Part shown: piece after piece, positions 7,951 to 16,590 of the stretch
Layout of the letters: the number at the start of each line of letters is the position of its first letter
Numbering within the stretch: the stretch's first letter is position 1
Source: an uncultured Methylococcaceae bacterium
GTDB lineage: Bacteria > Pseudomonadota > Gammaproteobacteria > Methylococcales > Methylomonadaceae
Assembly (NCBI GenBank): GCA_964568805.1
Contig: CAZMRW010000001.1
Coordinates: forward strand, 71,622-95,621
Direction: 5' to 3'
DNA length: 24,000 nt
Notes under the pieces: model-generated
Seen by the model: only the letters and a program-made list of their open reading frames with translations
Told to the model about the DNA's origin: nothing
Database searches by the model: none
Made by a program: the position numbers and the translations under genes

Positions 7951-9189
7951 ATGAAAACGCTATTTAACAAATGCCTGGCATCGCTGGGGCTTATACTTTC
8001 GTTGTACGCGCTCGATATCCAGACCGCCATGGCGCACGGGGAAAAGGCTTTGGAGCCGTTTATCAGAATGCGCACGATACAGTGGTACGACGTGCAATGG
8101 TCCAGGCAAAAATTCAATGTCAATGAAGAAGTCAGCGTCAGCGGCAAGTTTCATGTCGCCGAGGATTGGCCTGTCAGCGTTCCCAAACCGGAAGCGGCCT
8201 TTTTGAACCTATCGACGCCCGGGCCGGTGCTGATCCGAACCGAGCGCTATCTGAACGGTAAACCCTTCATGAATTCGGTGGCATTGCAGCCGGGCGGCGA
8301 TTACCACTTCAAGATCGTGCTCAAGGGACGCTTGCCCGGACGCTATCACATCCACCCCTTCTTTAATCTGAAAGATGCAGGGCAAGTGATGGGGCCCGGC
8401 GCATGGCTGGAAGTAGCCGGTGAGGCGTCTGATTTTACCAATGAGATCCTTACCATCAACGGGGATCTGGTCGATATGGAAACCTACGGACTTAGCAATG
8501 GCATCTTCTGGCATCTGTTCTGGGGTGTGCTGGCCACGGCCTGGCTGCTCTGGTGGCTGCGGCGGCCGTTATTCATCGCCCGCTATCGAATGCTGCAGGC
8601 AGGTATGGAAGACGAATTGGTCACATCAACTGACCGCCTGCTTGCCAAAGCCGTATTGATCGGCGTGCCTGTGCTGGTGCTGGCCATCAACGCGATGACG
8701 ATAAGCCGATATCCGAATACCATTCCGTTGCAGGCCTCTCTGGATCAGATTTTGCCGCTTCCCGCCCGGGTCAATGCCGGCGTGGTCGAAGTCGAAACCT
8801 TAAAGGCCGAATACCTCGTGCCGGAAAGAGCGATGACTTTCACCGTAAACATCAATAACAAAAGCGACAAACCGATCCAGATCGGCGAGTTTGCGACTGC
8901 CAATGTACGTTTTTTCAACAAGGATGTTACGGCGCCTGATCACACCAGTCCGAATGTTATGGCGGCCCCGGAAGGATTGAGCCTGGATAATCCTGCACCC
9001 ATACAACCCGGAGAACAACGTACGATGACGCTTATTGCCAGGGATGCGTTATGGGAGTCGGAGAAACTGGACGGGCTCATCCGGGATGCCGACAGCCGTA
9101 TCGGCGGTTTGCTGTTTTTATACGACTCCGTATTAGGCGAGCGATTTATTTCCAGCCTATCCGCCGCCGTGATTCCCAAATTCAATTAA
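7951..9189 (+). CDS. pxmB: Copper membrane monooxygenase subunit B, pXMO-type (PmoB/AmoB family)
   Basis: I place the start at ATG 7951 (RBS GACGGAGG, 13 nt after the pxmA stop). The ORF-track extension from 7750 overlaps pxmA and is rejected. The signal peptide ends ..TAMA|HGE, so His29 would be the mature N-terminus. An HIH motif (His133/His135, 8347-8355) is present. Two TM helices lie mid-protein and a C-terminal cupredoxin-like domain follows. Confidence 0.85.
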   Translation: MKTLFNKCLASLGLILSLYALDIQTAMAHGEKALEPFIRMRTIQWYDVQWSRQKFNVNEEVSVSGKFHVAEDWPVSVPKPEAAFLNLSTPGPVLIRTERYLNGKPFMNSVALQPGGDYHFKIVLKGRLPGRYHIHPFFNLKDAGQVMGPGAWLEVAGEASDFTNEILTINGDLVDMETYGLSNGIFWHLFWGVLATAWLLWWLRRPLFIARYRMLQAGMEDELVTSTDRLLAKAVLIGVPVLVLAINAMTISRYPNTIPLQASLDQILPLPARVNAGVVEVETLKAEYLVPERAMTFTVNINNKSDKPIQIGEFATANVRFFNKDVTAPDHTSPNVMAAPEGLSLDNPAPIQPGEQRTMTLIARDALWESEKLDGLIRDADSRIGGLLFLYDSVLGERFISSLSAAVIPKFN

Positions 9190-9209
9190 ATCTCAAGAGG
9201 AAAAACGCC

Positions 9210-9983
9210 ATGTCTACTACATCCGAACAATTACCCATATTGATAGAAAATGACAACAGAGTACCCTGGTATCTGCAGGATTTGCCAAGATACCTAAAGG
9301 GCTTCGGCGTTCTGACCGTCATCTATATCGGTCTGCGCCTGTACCAGGGCGCATTTGCCGTATCGTCCGGCCTTGATTCCACCGAACCGGCTTTCGAACA
9401 GTACTGGATGCGGCTGTTTTACATCGAATTGGGAATTCTCGCTGTCTTCGTGACCGGCATCTGGGGGTATTTGTGGTTTTCCAGGGATCGCAACCTGGAC
9501 AAGCTGGAACCGAGGGAGGAAATCCGCCGTTATTTTACTCTCACGATGTGGATCAGCATCTACACCTTTGCGGTATATTGGGCCGGCAGTTATTTCGCCG
9601 AACAGGATAATTCCTGGCATCAGGTGGCTATCCGCGATACGCCGTTTACCGCCAATCATATCATCGAGTTTTATTTCAATTTCCCGCTCTATGTGATTCT
9701 GGGCGGCTGCGCCTGGCTATATGCCAGAACCCGGCTGCCGCTGTATGCCAAGGGCATTTCGCTGCCGTTGACGCTGGCCGTATTCGGGCCGTTCATGATT
9801 CTGGTGAGCGTCGGCTTTAATGAATGGGGGCATACGTTCTGGTTTAGGGAAGAGTTTTTCGCAGCGCCCATTCATTGGGGTTTTGTGATCGGCGTCTGGT
9901 TCGCTTTGGGGGTCGGCGGCATACTGCTGCAAGGCACAACTCGTCTGATCGAACTGCTTGATGAGCTGGAAGATGCGCCATGA
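9210..9983 (+). CDS. pxmC: Copper membrane monooxygenase subunit C, pXMO-type (PmoC/AmoC family)
   Basis: I place the start at ATG 9210 (RBS AAGAGG, 20 nt after the pxmB stop). This 257-aa polytopic membrane protein carries D133-x3-H137-x12-H150 and N204-x3-H208-x13-H222. Those spacings equal D156/H160/H173 and N227/H231/H245 of Methylococcus capsulatus PmoC. Confidence 0.85.
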   Translation: MSTTSEQLPILIENDNRVPWYLQDLPRYLKGFGVLTVIYIGLRLYQGAFAVSSGLDSTEPAFEQYWMRLFYIELGILAVFVTGIWGYLWFSRDRNLDKLEPREEIRRYFTLTMWISIYTFAVYWAGSYFAEQDNSWHQVAIRDTPFTANHIIEFYFNFPLYVILGGCAWLYARTRLPLYAKGISLPLTLAVFGPFMILVSVGFNEWGHTFWFREEFFAAPIHWGFVIGVWFALGVGGILLQGTTRLIELLDELEDAP

Positions 9984-10050
9984 TTCGGGTCGGAATACGG
10001 TTTTATGGATTTGGCTAAAATATATAACTTCTCTGACATTTCGCAAGTCC

Positions 10051-10095
10051 GTAGAGGCGATTTTAATCGCCCTGGGCGAATGAATTCGCTCCTAC
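10051..10095. repeat. REP-like double-hairpin element downstream of pxmC
   Basis: The sequence is gtagaggcgattttaatcgccctgggcgaatgaattcgctcctac. It forms two hairpins, ggcgatt-tt-aatcgcc (10056-10071) and gcgaat-ga-attcgc (10076-10089). The outer arms gtagagg../..ctcctac are imperfect. It resembles the 'gtaggagcgaattcattcgc' class of gammaproteobacterial REP sequences. Confidence 0.45.
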
Positions 10096-10163
10096 ATTCG
10101 CTCGTCGAATTTCCAAATCGGGATGTTATTTTTTCCAGGCAAGTTATGTAGATCCCGCTATCG

Positions 10164-11390
10164 ATGACGACAAGAAAACACACCCGCATTCATTATGCCT
10201 GGATCATACTCGCGGTGACCTTTGCCTGCTTGTTTGTTGCGGCGGCGCTCCGCTCCGTTCCGGGGATCATTATGTTGTCCCTGGAGCATGAATTTAAGTG
10301 GAGCCGGGAAACGATCAGCGGCGCAGTTTCCATCAACCTGTTTTTATTCGGGCTTGCAGGTCCTTTTTTAGGCAGGCTGATGGATCTGTATGGAGCGAAA
10401 GCCATCACTCTGTTAATGATTGCTTTGGTGACACTGGGAGCGGGAGGCAGTATTTTCATGCAGGAACCCTGGCAGTTGTATCTGTTTTGGGGAATCATTG
10501 TCGGAGCAGGTTCGGGCGGAACTTCAATGATTATGGGTTCCGCGGTTGTCAATCGCTGGTTTCATGCGCGAAGGGGACTGGCTTTGGGTATCCTGGGCGC
10601 TGCCTTCTCGTCCGGGCAGTTAATTTTCACGCCAATTATCATGAGCCTGAATATTCACCTGGGCTGGCGGGTTGCAACCCTGCTGATTGTCTTAATGATG
10701 GGGGTAATTGTATTGCCTCTGGTCGTTCGGTTTATGGCAGACGATCCTGACTTAAAGGGCACGCAGCCCTATGGTGCTAAAGGCTTGGCTGTAGCCAAGC
10801 CATGCCCTGATCCGAATCCGATGCGTTCGGTAATGGCCCAATCTCAATTCTGGTTGCTGGCTTTAAGTTTCGGTATCTGCGGTTTTACGACTTCGGGACT
10901 GTTTCAGACGCACCTGATTCCGCACGGTATCGAGCATGGTTTTCCGGAAATGACCATGGCGGTTTCGTTAGGCTTAATGGGCGCTACCGATGTGCTGGGC
11001 ACCATCTTCTCCGGCTGGCTATGCGATCGCTTCGGCAAACGCCGGCCGCTCGTGATTTATTACTCGCTTCGGGGCGTCTCGTTGATGTTATTGCCCTTTA
11101 TCGAATCGACCGGTCAACTCATGGCATTTTCCGCCGTCTATGGACTGAATTGGCTGTCGACCGTCCCGGCTACGTCGGCGCTGACGGCGGATTTATTTGG
11201 CAAGCACAATGTCGGCGTTGTGTTCGGATGGATTTGTTTTGCTCATCAGGTTGGAGCGGCGTTAGCTTCTTATGGTGCCGGCTATCTGCATCATTTGGCC
11301 GGAAATTATACCGTATCCTTTGTGACCTCCGGTCTTTTTGCTTTGGTCGCTACCGGACTCGTTATAAACATAAAGGAAACAACAGATTAA
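10164..11390 (+). CDS. MFS transporter
   Basis: 408-aa ORF with about 12 hydrophobic segments and a central loop (ADDPDLKGTQPYG...). An MFS-like motif, GRLMDLYGAK, follows TM2. No obvious SD precedes ATG 10164, so the start is less certain. Confidence 0.85.
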   Translation: MTTRKHTRIHYAWIILAVTFACLFVAAALRSVPGIIMLSLEHEFKWSRETISGAVSINLFLFGLAGPFLGRLMDLYGAKAITLLMIALVTLGAGGSIFMQEPWQLYLFWGIIVGAGSGGTSMIMGSAVVNRWFHARRGLALGILGAAFSSGQLIFTPIIMSLNIHLGWRVATLLIVLMMGVIVLPLVVRFMADDPDLKGTQPYGAKGLAVAKPCPDPNPMRSVMAQSQFWLLALSFGICGFTTSGLFQTHLIPHGIEHGFPEMTMAVSLGLMGATDVLGTIFSGWLCDRFGKRRPLVIYYSLRGVSLMLLPFIESTGQLMAFSAVYGLNWLSTVPATSALTADLFGKHNVGVVFGWICFAHQVGAALASYGAGYLHHLAGNYTVSFVTSGLFALVATGLVINIKETTD

Positions 11391-11825
11391 TAAAAAGCCA
11401 ATTTCAAGATCGGCCTGATGCTTGATTTCATGCATCAACTCGGCAAGACAGAAGGCCGGGGTGAGGGGAAACCAAAAGTAAAAAATTCTTTTTGGATATC
11501 CAACATCCTGACCTCCCGGCAAATGTTTGCGCGAAGCTGGCTTTTGCACAGTGCGGCTTTTGGTATTTCCGACATCAGGGCTTTGAAAACTTGATTATTC
11601 GATCAGGTAAAACTAGTCTTAGGTAAACGTTATTCAGTCAGCGCCGGTAAGGCGTTATTGAAGCAGAAATCATATGCCGCGGAACCCGCATCGCTGCCAT
11701 TAATGGCTCTCGGATTGATGCTCGGCGAATTTTATAAGCACGATACGCCGGATGGATTGGAACGCAAACATTGTAGACGGCCGAATGATTACAAACTCTA
11801 TTCTTTGTTTATGAGCAGGTTATAA

Positions 11826-12392
11826 ATGACAACATTTACCGATTATTATGAATTGCTGGAAATCAGCCCCAACGCAACTGCGGATACGATAGACCGGATA
11901 TTTCGATATCTGGCCCAACGCTATCATCCGGACAATCATCAAACCGGCGACCATCTCAGATTTTCTGAAATCGTGCAGGCGCATGAAATATTAAGACATC
12001 CGGAAAAACGGGCCCAATATGATCTGGATCACAAACGGCATTTGGAATACAGTTGGAAACTGGCTCAAGAAGCCAGCGATAGCGAGGGTTTAGAGCTCGA
12101 TGCGGTGATTCAGGAAAGATTGCTGTCCATCTTGTATGTGAAGCGCAGGCGCAATATACAAAACCCCGGCATCGGAAATCTCGAACTGGAACGTTTATCG
12201 GGGTGTCCGCGCGAGCATCTCGAATTTCATCTGTGGTACCTGAAAGAAAAAGGCTGGATCAGCCGTCTGGAGAATGGCCAGTTAAGTATTACCGTTAATG
12301 GCGTCGACCAAGCGGCCACGGAACATAAACGCATTCATTTTACAAAATTATTGACCGACCAGCATACTGAAACGGCCGATCAGCCCCTTTAG
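11826..12392 (+). CDS. J-domain protein with a C-terminal winged-helix-like region
   Basis: The N-terminus DYYELLEISPNATADTIDRIFRYLAQRYHPDN contains the HPD tripeptide that defines J domains. The C-terminal part (LSILYVKRR...LERLSGCPREHLEFHLWYLKEKGWISRLENGQLSIT) looks like a wHTH. The last point is inference. Confidence 0.85.
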   Translation: MTTFTDYYELLEISPNATADTIDRIFRYLAQRYHPDNHQTGDHLRFSEIVQAHEILRHPEKRAQYDLDHKRHLEYSWKLAQEASDSEGLELDAVIQERLLSILYVKRRRNIQNPGIGNLELERLSGCPREHLEFHLWYLKEKGWISRLENGQLSITVNGVDQAATEHKRIHFTKLLTDQHTETADQPL

Positions 12393-12570
12393 TTTAAAGG
12401 CTGACAGTTGCGACGATCATTTAAACAATAAGGCGGCTATCGGTACAACTCAACAAAACTTGAAACGCCATGAGGCCGAATCACCTGTTCTTATTGATCA
12501 CTGCATGTTGACATGACGGAGCGATGCTGAAACCGGATATTCTGGGTAGGTCCCTCACAGGCGAATTGAA

Positions 12571-13806
12571 TTAAAGTTTCAGCCAGCCGCGCCTGTTGAT
12601 GTAAGCTCCTCCCACGCCGACGACAAAGGCGAGGCCAACGTTCCAAATGGCGAATGCCGCGGTAATCAGGGTAATAAACCGCTCGCTCTTATCTTTGCTG
12701 AAATCGCAGGAACCCAGGGCCAACTGCGCGCCGGTAAGGAAGAGCACGACGCCGAGTACCGCTGCCGGCAGTAAACGAAACACGACATCTACCGACCCGC
12801 TAAAAAACAGAGCTATCAATAGCAAAATGGCGCCCAGGATGATGGGAGCGCCGCCCGTTCTTGCCCCAAACGCAACATGACCGGCCATGCCTCCTGCGCC
12901 ATGGCACATCGGCACTCCGCCAATCGAAGATGCAAAGAGGTTTAACAGGCCGGTTGAGATGGCGACTCCTTTCTCGGTCACTGGCCTGTTAGGGAACAAT
13001 CGGTTGTTTTCTTCGCGGATCGCGATTATAGCGTTCCCCAAAGTCAGAGGAATCTGGGGCAGGGCCAGAAACAACGAACCGATCATCAGATCGGACCAGT
13101 TGACCTGAGCCAGTGCAAAGCCGGGGACTCTGAATTCGATCGAAATACCGGCAAGGGCTGTAACAAGTTCCGGACTCTGAATAGCCCCGCAGACCACGCC
13201 GAATAGCAACAGCAACAGCATTGCCGGTATGGTCCGATTGGTCAGAAGCAATAAGGTCCCGACAAAGCCCACGGAGGATATCAACCAGTTGGTCGCCATC
13301 ATCTTGACGCCCTCCAGCATGAAACTCATGCCCAGCCCCAGGATGATGCCGACCAAGACCGGACGGCTCACGATCTTTGCAACTTTATTTGCCGCGCCGG
13401 AGAGTCCGAGCAACAACCAGATAAGCCCGGTCACCAGTCCGGCGCCGTAGATAGCTCCCGGCGTAATGACGGCGGTTTGGGCGGCCTGAGTGGCAGCAAC
13501 CGCGCCGATAGCCTTCATGGGCTGAATGGGAAACGGCGTACGGTAGTAGGAACCGCTGAAGACAAGCGCCACGCCGAATGCAAACAGCACCCCGAGCGGG
13601 TCAACCTTCGCCACGCTGATATAAGCAATGACGAACGGAATCAAGGTGCCAAGATCACCGAATGCCCCCGCCCACTCCATCCTGTCAAAATGATTCCTTG
13701 TTTCGGAAGGAAGCGCAGCGATCTCTGTTTCAGCATCGTTTGCCGCAGGTTCTATCGCCCCTGGGTCATTATTCGGTAGATTGTCAGCCACGTTCTCATC
13801 GGTCAT
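12571..13806 (-). CDS. MOT1/MOT2-type putative molybdate/sulfate transporter
   Basis: 411-aa polytopic membrane protein. Its N-terminal motif EWAGAFGDLGTLIPFV matches the (E.SGA.GDLGT.IP) signature of the MOT family of sulfate-permease-like molybdate transporters. Confidence 0.8.
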   Translation of the reverse strand: MTDENVADNLPNNDPGAIEPAANDAETEIAALPSETRNHFDRMEWAGAFGDLGTLIPFVIAYISVAKVDPLGVLFAFGVALVFSGSYYRTPFPIQPMKAIGAVAATQAAQTAVITPGAIYGAGLVTGLIWLLLGLSGAANKVAKIVSRPVLVGIILGLGMSFMLEGVKMMATNWLISSVGFVGTLLLLTNRTIPAMLLLLLFGVVCGAIQSPELVTALAGISIEFRVPGFALAQVNWSDLMIGSLFLALPQIPLTLGNAIIAIREENNRLFPNRPVTEKGVAISTGLLNLFASSIGGVPMCHGAGGMAGHVAFGARTGGAPIILGAILLLIALFFSGSVDVVFRLLPAAVLGVVLFLTGAQLALGSCDFSKDKSERFITLITAAFAIWNVGLAFVVGVGGAYINRRGWLKL

Positions 13807-14023
13807 TCAAGATTTAGCATAATGATACACTATCATGGCCAGCTTGTTGGAGGGTCATTCGATTAGTGCACATCCCGGATAAGACCAGGAATTGTTCGAG
13901 CATCATTGAATTCTTTCATCGGCGATATACGAACATACCATCCGGCAAAGGATTTTCCACTGATCGCCCCGGCACAGTTGGCGATAAAACTTGTCTAATC
14001 CGCATATATCGAGGATTGCCTTT

Positions 14024-14060
14024 CTCTGCAATCAATACGTTGAACATATTGATTGCAGAG
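14024..14060. promoter_or_regulatory. Perfect 14-bp inverted repeat with a 9-bp spacer (candidate operator)
   Basis: The sequence is ctctgcaatcaata-cgttgaaca-tattgattgcagag. It lies in the 403-bp divergent intergenic region, about 55 bp upstream of a TATAAT box for sdaA and about 220 bp upstream of the permease start. Confidence 0.35.
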
Positions 14061-14114
14061 GGTCTAATTCTATAGTTATTCAATTTGATATTTTTTGGGC
14101 ACAATAGTTGCTTC

Positions 14115-14120
14115 TATAAT
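14115..14120 (+). promoter_or_regulatory. Candidate -10 box (TATAAT) for sdaA
   Basis: A perfect TATAAT hexamer lies 90 nt upstream of the sdaA ATG. The -35 region is poor (tttttg at 17-nt spacing). Confidence 0.25.
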
Positions 14121-14209
14121 TCAAGTAGTCACCGACTCAGTTTTCAAATCCCTTCAGATATTAAGTCGGGGATAAAATTCTATCTCCTTTTGTGCCGCAG
14201 GCTTCGATT

Positions 14210-15589
14210 ATGGCGATCAGTGTATTCGAGATTTTTAAAATAGGCATCGGCCCGTCCAGTTCTCATACCGTAGGGCCAATGCGCGCGGCGATGGAATTTG
14301 CCGTAAAACTGGAACAATCCGGTATTATCGGACAGACCCATCGCCTGATGGTCGAGTTGTTCGGTTCCTTGGGCGCTACCGGAAAGGGGCACGGCACCGA
14401 TAAAGCGGTCATGCTGGGGCTTGAAGGCGAGGCGCCGGATCAGATCGATCCGGCGATCATTGCCGACCGGCTCGAAGTTATCCGGCAAACCGGGACGATT
14501 AATTTATTAAAGAGCTGGCCGGTGCGATTCGATGAAAAGTCGCATTTGCTGTTCCATCGTAAAGTCCTGCCGTATCATTCTAACGGCATGCGGTTCACCG
14601 TTTTCGATGATTCGGGAACCGAGCTGCTGCAAAAAGATTATTATTCGGTCGGCGGCGGTTTCGTCGTGACCGGCGACACGGCGGCAGCCGATCGTTTGAC
14701 CGATGACGATACCTGTTTACCGTATCCGTTTAAATCCGCGGCGGCGCTGTTAAAACTTTGCGCCGCGCATAATCAGCCGATCAGTGCGCTGATGCTGAAC
14801 AATGAAAAAGCCTGGCATGGTGAACAGGACATCCGTAAAAATCTGCTTCACATTTGGCAGGTGATGCAGGCCTGCGTCGACAGAGGTATGCACCAGGAAG
14901 GGACGTTGCCGGGCGGCATGAAGGTTAAACGCCGTGCGTCCAATCTTTACCAGCAATTAACCGGCGTCATTCCCAGGCAAACGCCGGGCGTGCCGGTTGG
15001 GACGCTGGATTGGGTCAATCTGTTTGCGCTGGCCGTCAGCGAGGAGAATGCCGCGGGCGGCCGGGTGGTAACCGCGCCGACCAACGGCGCTGCCGGCATT
15101 ATACCGGCGGTGCTGCATTATTACTGGCGCTTCTGTGACGGCGCAAATGAAGACGGCGTGATCCGGTTTTTATTGACGGCCGCGGCTATCGCCATTTTGT
15201 ACAAGGAAAACGCATCGCTTTCCGGCGCCGAAGTCGGCTGTCAGGGCGAAATCGGCGTCGCCTGTTCGATGGCGGCCGGCGCCTTGGCTGAAGTCCTGGG
15301 CGGCACGCCGGAACAGGTCGAAAATGCCGCCGAAATCGGCATGGAACATAATCTGGGATTGACCTGCGATCCGGTGGGCGGACTGGTTCAGGTGCCCTGT
15401 ATCGAACGCAATGCCATGGGTTCGGTCAAGGCGATCAATGCCGCGCGTATCGCTTTGCGCGGCGACGGGACGCACTTCGTATCGCTGGATAAGGTGATTA
15501 AGACCATGCGCGAAACGGGCGCCGATATGAAAACCAAATATAAGGAAACTTCGCGCGGGGGGCTCGCGGTGAACTTAACGGAATGCTGA
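14210..15589 (+). CDS. sdaA: L-serine ammonia-lyase (iron-sulfur dependent, single chain)
   Basis: I place the start at ATG 14210, giving [24 protein letters not shown], the canonical SdaA N-terminus. The alpha-domain motifs are [13 protein letters not shown] and [18 protein letters not shown]. The product is 459 aa. Confidence 0.92.
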   Translation: MAISVFEIFKIGIGPSSSHTVGPMRAAMEFAVKLEQSGIIGQTHRLMVELFGSLGATGKGHGTDKAVMLGLEGEAPDQIDPAIIADRLEVIRQTGTINLLKSWPVRFDEKSHLLFHRKVLPYHSNGMRFTVFDDSGTELLQKDYYSVGGGFVVTGDTAAADRLTDDDTCLPYPFKSAAALLKLCAAHNQPISALMLNNEKAWHGEQDIRKNLLHIWQVMQACVDRGMHQEGTLPGGMKVKRRASNLYQQLTGVIPRQTPGVPVGTLDWVNLFALAVSEENAAGGRVVTAPTNGAAGIIPAVLHYYWRFCDGANEDGVIRFLLTAAAIAILYKENASLSGAEVGCQGEIGVACSMAAGALAEVLGGTPEQVENAAEIGMEHNLGLTCDPVGGLVQVPCIERNAMGSVKAINAARIALRGDGTHFVSLDKVIKTMRETGADMKTKYKETSRGGLAVNLTEC

Positions 15590-15710
15590 GGCGTATCTGT
15601 TTTGGGCTAAAGGAATGGTTGCCAAGACTTTTTGGTGTGAATTGCCTTTCCAATCCTGAAACGGTTCGTCCTTATAACGGCCTGTAGTTCGGAGGAACGT
15701 TAAGTCAAAT

Positions 15711-16256
15711 TCAGCTCTTTTTCCTTTTAAAAGTCGACGGCGGATAGATTTTTCGTTCCACGCCGATGATTGCTCTATTCAGTTGGTATAGATTTTTTTC
15801 CTCGTTCATATGGAGTCCCATCACATAAAAAATGGGCATCCATAACGGATTGATCAAAAGTCCGCCTAGCGCGCTTTTTAGCGTTCGTTTCAGGTTTTTG
15901 ATCGGATTGAAAGATTCCGACAGAGAGTCTACCGACAGTTCATCGAAAACAGCAGCAATCGGGCGAAGTATGACTTGTTCATGAGTGGGAAGCCGGGCCA
16001 TCGATACGGAAAGTTTTCGTTCCATGCTGTAGTAATTCTTGCGTGAAAAATAGACATTTATGGCAAAAGTCAGCGCTATCAAAGGCAATAGAACGCTCGG
16101 CGGCGCCACCGGGGCGAAAAGGGGAGACAGCATCACGGTTCCGAAACCGAGCATCAGCATATCCTCTCCCCGCTCTACATCACGGTCGATGCCCTGAACG
16201 ATAGCGACCACCGCATTATCGAACGAGCCTTTTAAATAGTGTAAATCTTGTTTCAT
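15711..16256 (-). CDS. Hypothetical membrane protein
   Basis: I place the start at ATG 16256, with an AGGAGA RBS 6 nt upstream. The 181-aa product has two or three hydrophobic segments and a basic C-terminal tail (FKRKKS). I recognise no domain. Confidence 0.6.
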   Translation of the reverse strand: MKQDLHYLKGSFDNAVVAIVQGIDRDVERGEDMLMLGFGTVMLSPLFAPVAPPSVLLPLIALTFAINVYFSRKNYYSMERKLSVSMARLPTHEQVILRPIAAVFDELSVDSLSESFNPIKNLKRTLKSALGGLLINPLWMPIFYVMGLHMNEEKNLYQLNRAIIGVERKIYPPSTFKRKKS

Positions 16257-16590
16257 AATAGTCTCCTGCGGGCTATTACTGACATACAATCACAAACTCT
16301 AAAAAAGTCAAATCTAGGAGACAATAAGACTCATAACATGATGTAAAATTCCATTCGTGGCATTTTTGATAAAATGCAGTTTTACCAAATTTCCATGTAC
16401 AGTAACCAACAGGGTAATTATTCATACCCGCCTATATGATCTATTTAATCGGTACTGATGTAAACTATTTCCTGTTAAGGGGACATCCGGAATAGAATTC
16501 ACTTTATCTTAGTCTGATGGTTTTAACAGGCAACGTTGGCTCACTTGTTATCCATTGGCGCGGATGCGTTGTCATATCTCAGGAGGCCGC

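Noticed and set aside
9051-9209. N-terminal extension of the pxmC ORF (tracked as 9051..9983)
   Set aside because: It overlaps the 3' end of pxmB. ATG 9210 is preceded by AAGAGG, and the PmoC-family similarity begins after it.
7185-9983. Calling the operon canonical pmoCAB or amoCAB
   Set aside because: The gene order is A-B-C, and a divergent LysR gene, not a C subunit, lies upstream. This fits pxmABC. Phylogeny is still needed to confirm.
11262-11549. 95-aa minus-strand ORF spanning the MFS 3' end and the downstream spacer
   Set aside because: It overlaps the MFS coding region, and I see no RBS or recognisable sequence features.
13807-14100. Moco (molybdenum cofactor) riboswitch in the leader of the MOT-type transporter
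   Set aside because: It is attractive because of the gene function, and a CCCUCC..CUGG string occurs on the minus strand. However, I could not find the expected conserved GGAAAGG-type 3' element or a convincing multi-stem architecture. This needs cmsearch and is not claimed.
13866-14104. Two small ORFs (69 aa on +, 62 aa on -) in the permease/sdaA spacer
   Set aside because: They overlap each other on opposite strands, lack an RBS and span the 14-bp palindrome. They are most likely chance ORFs in AT-rich DNA.
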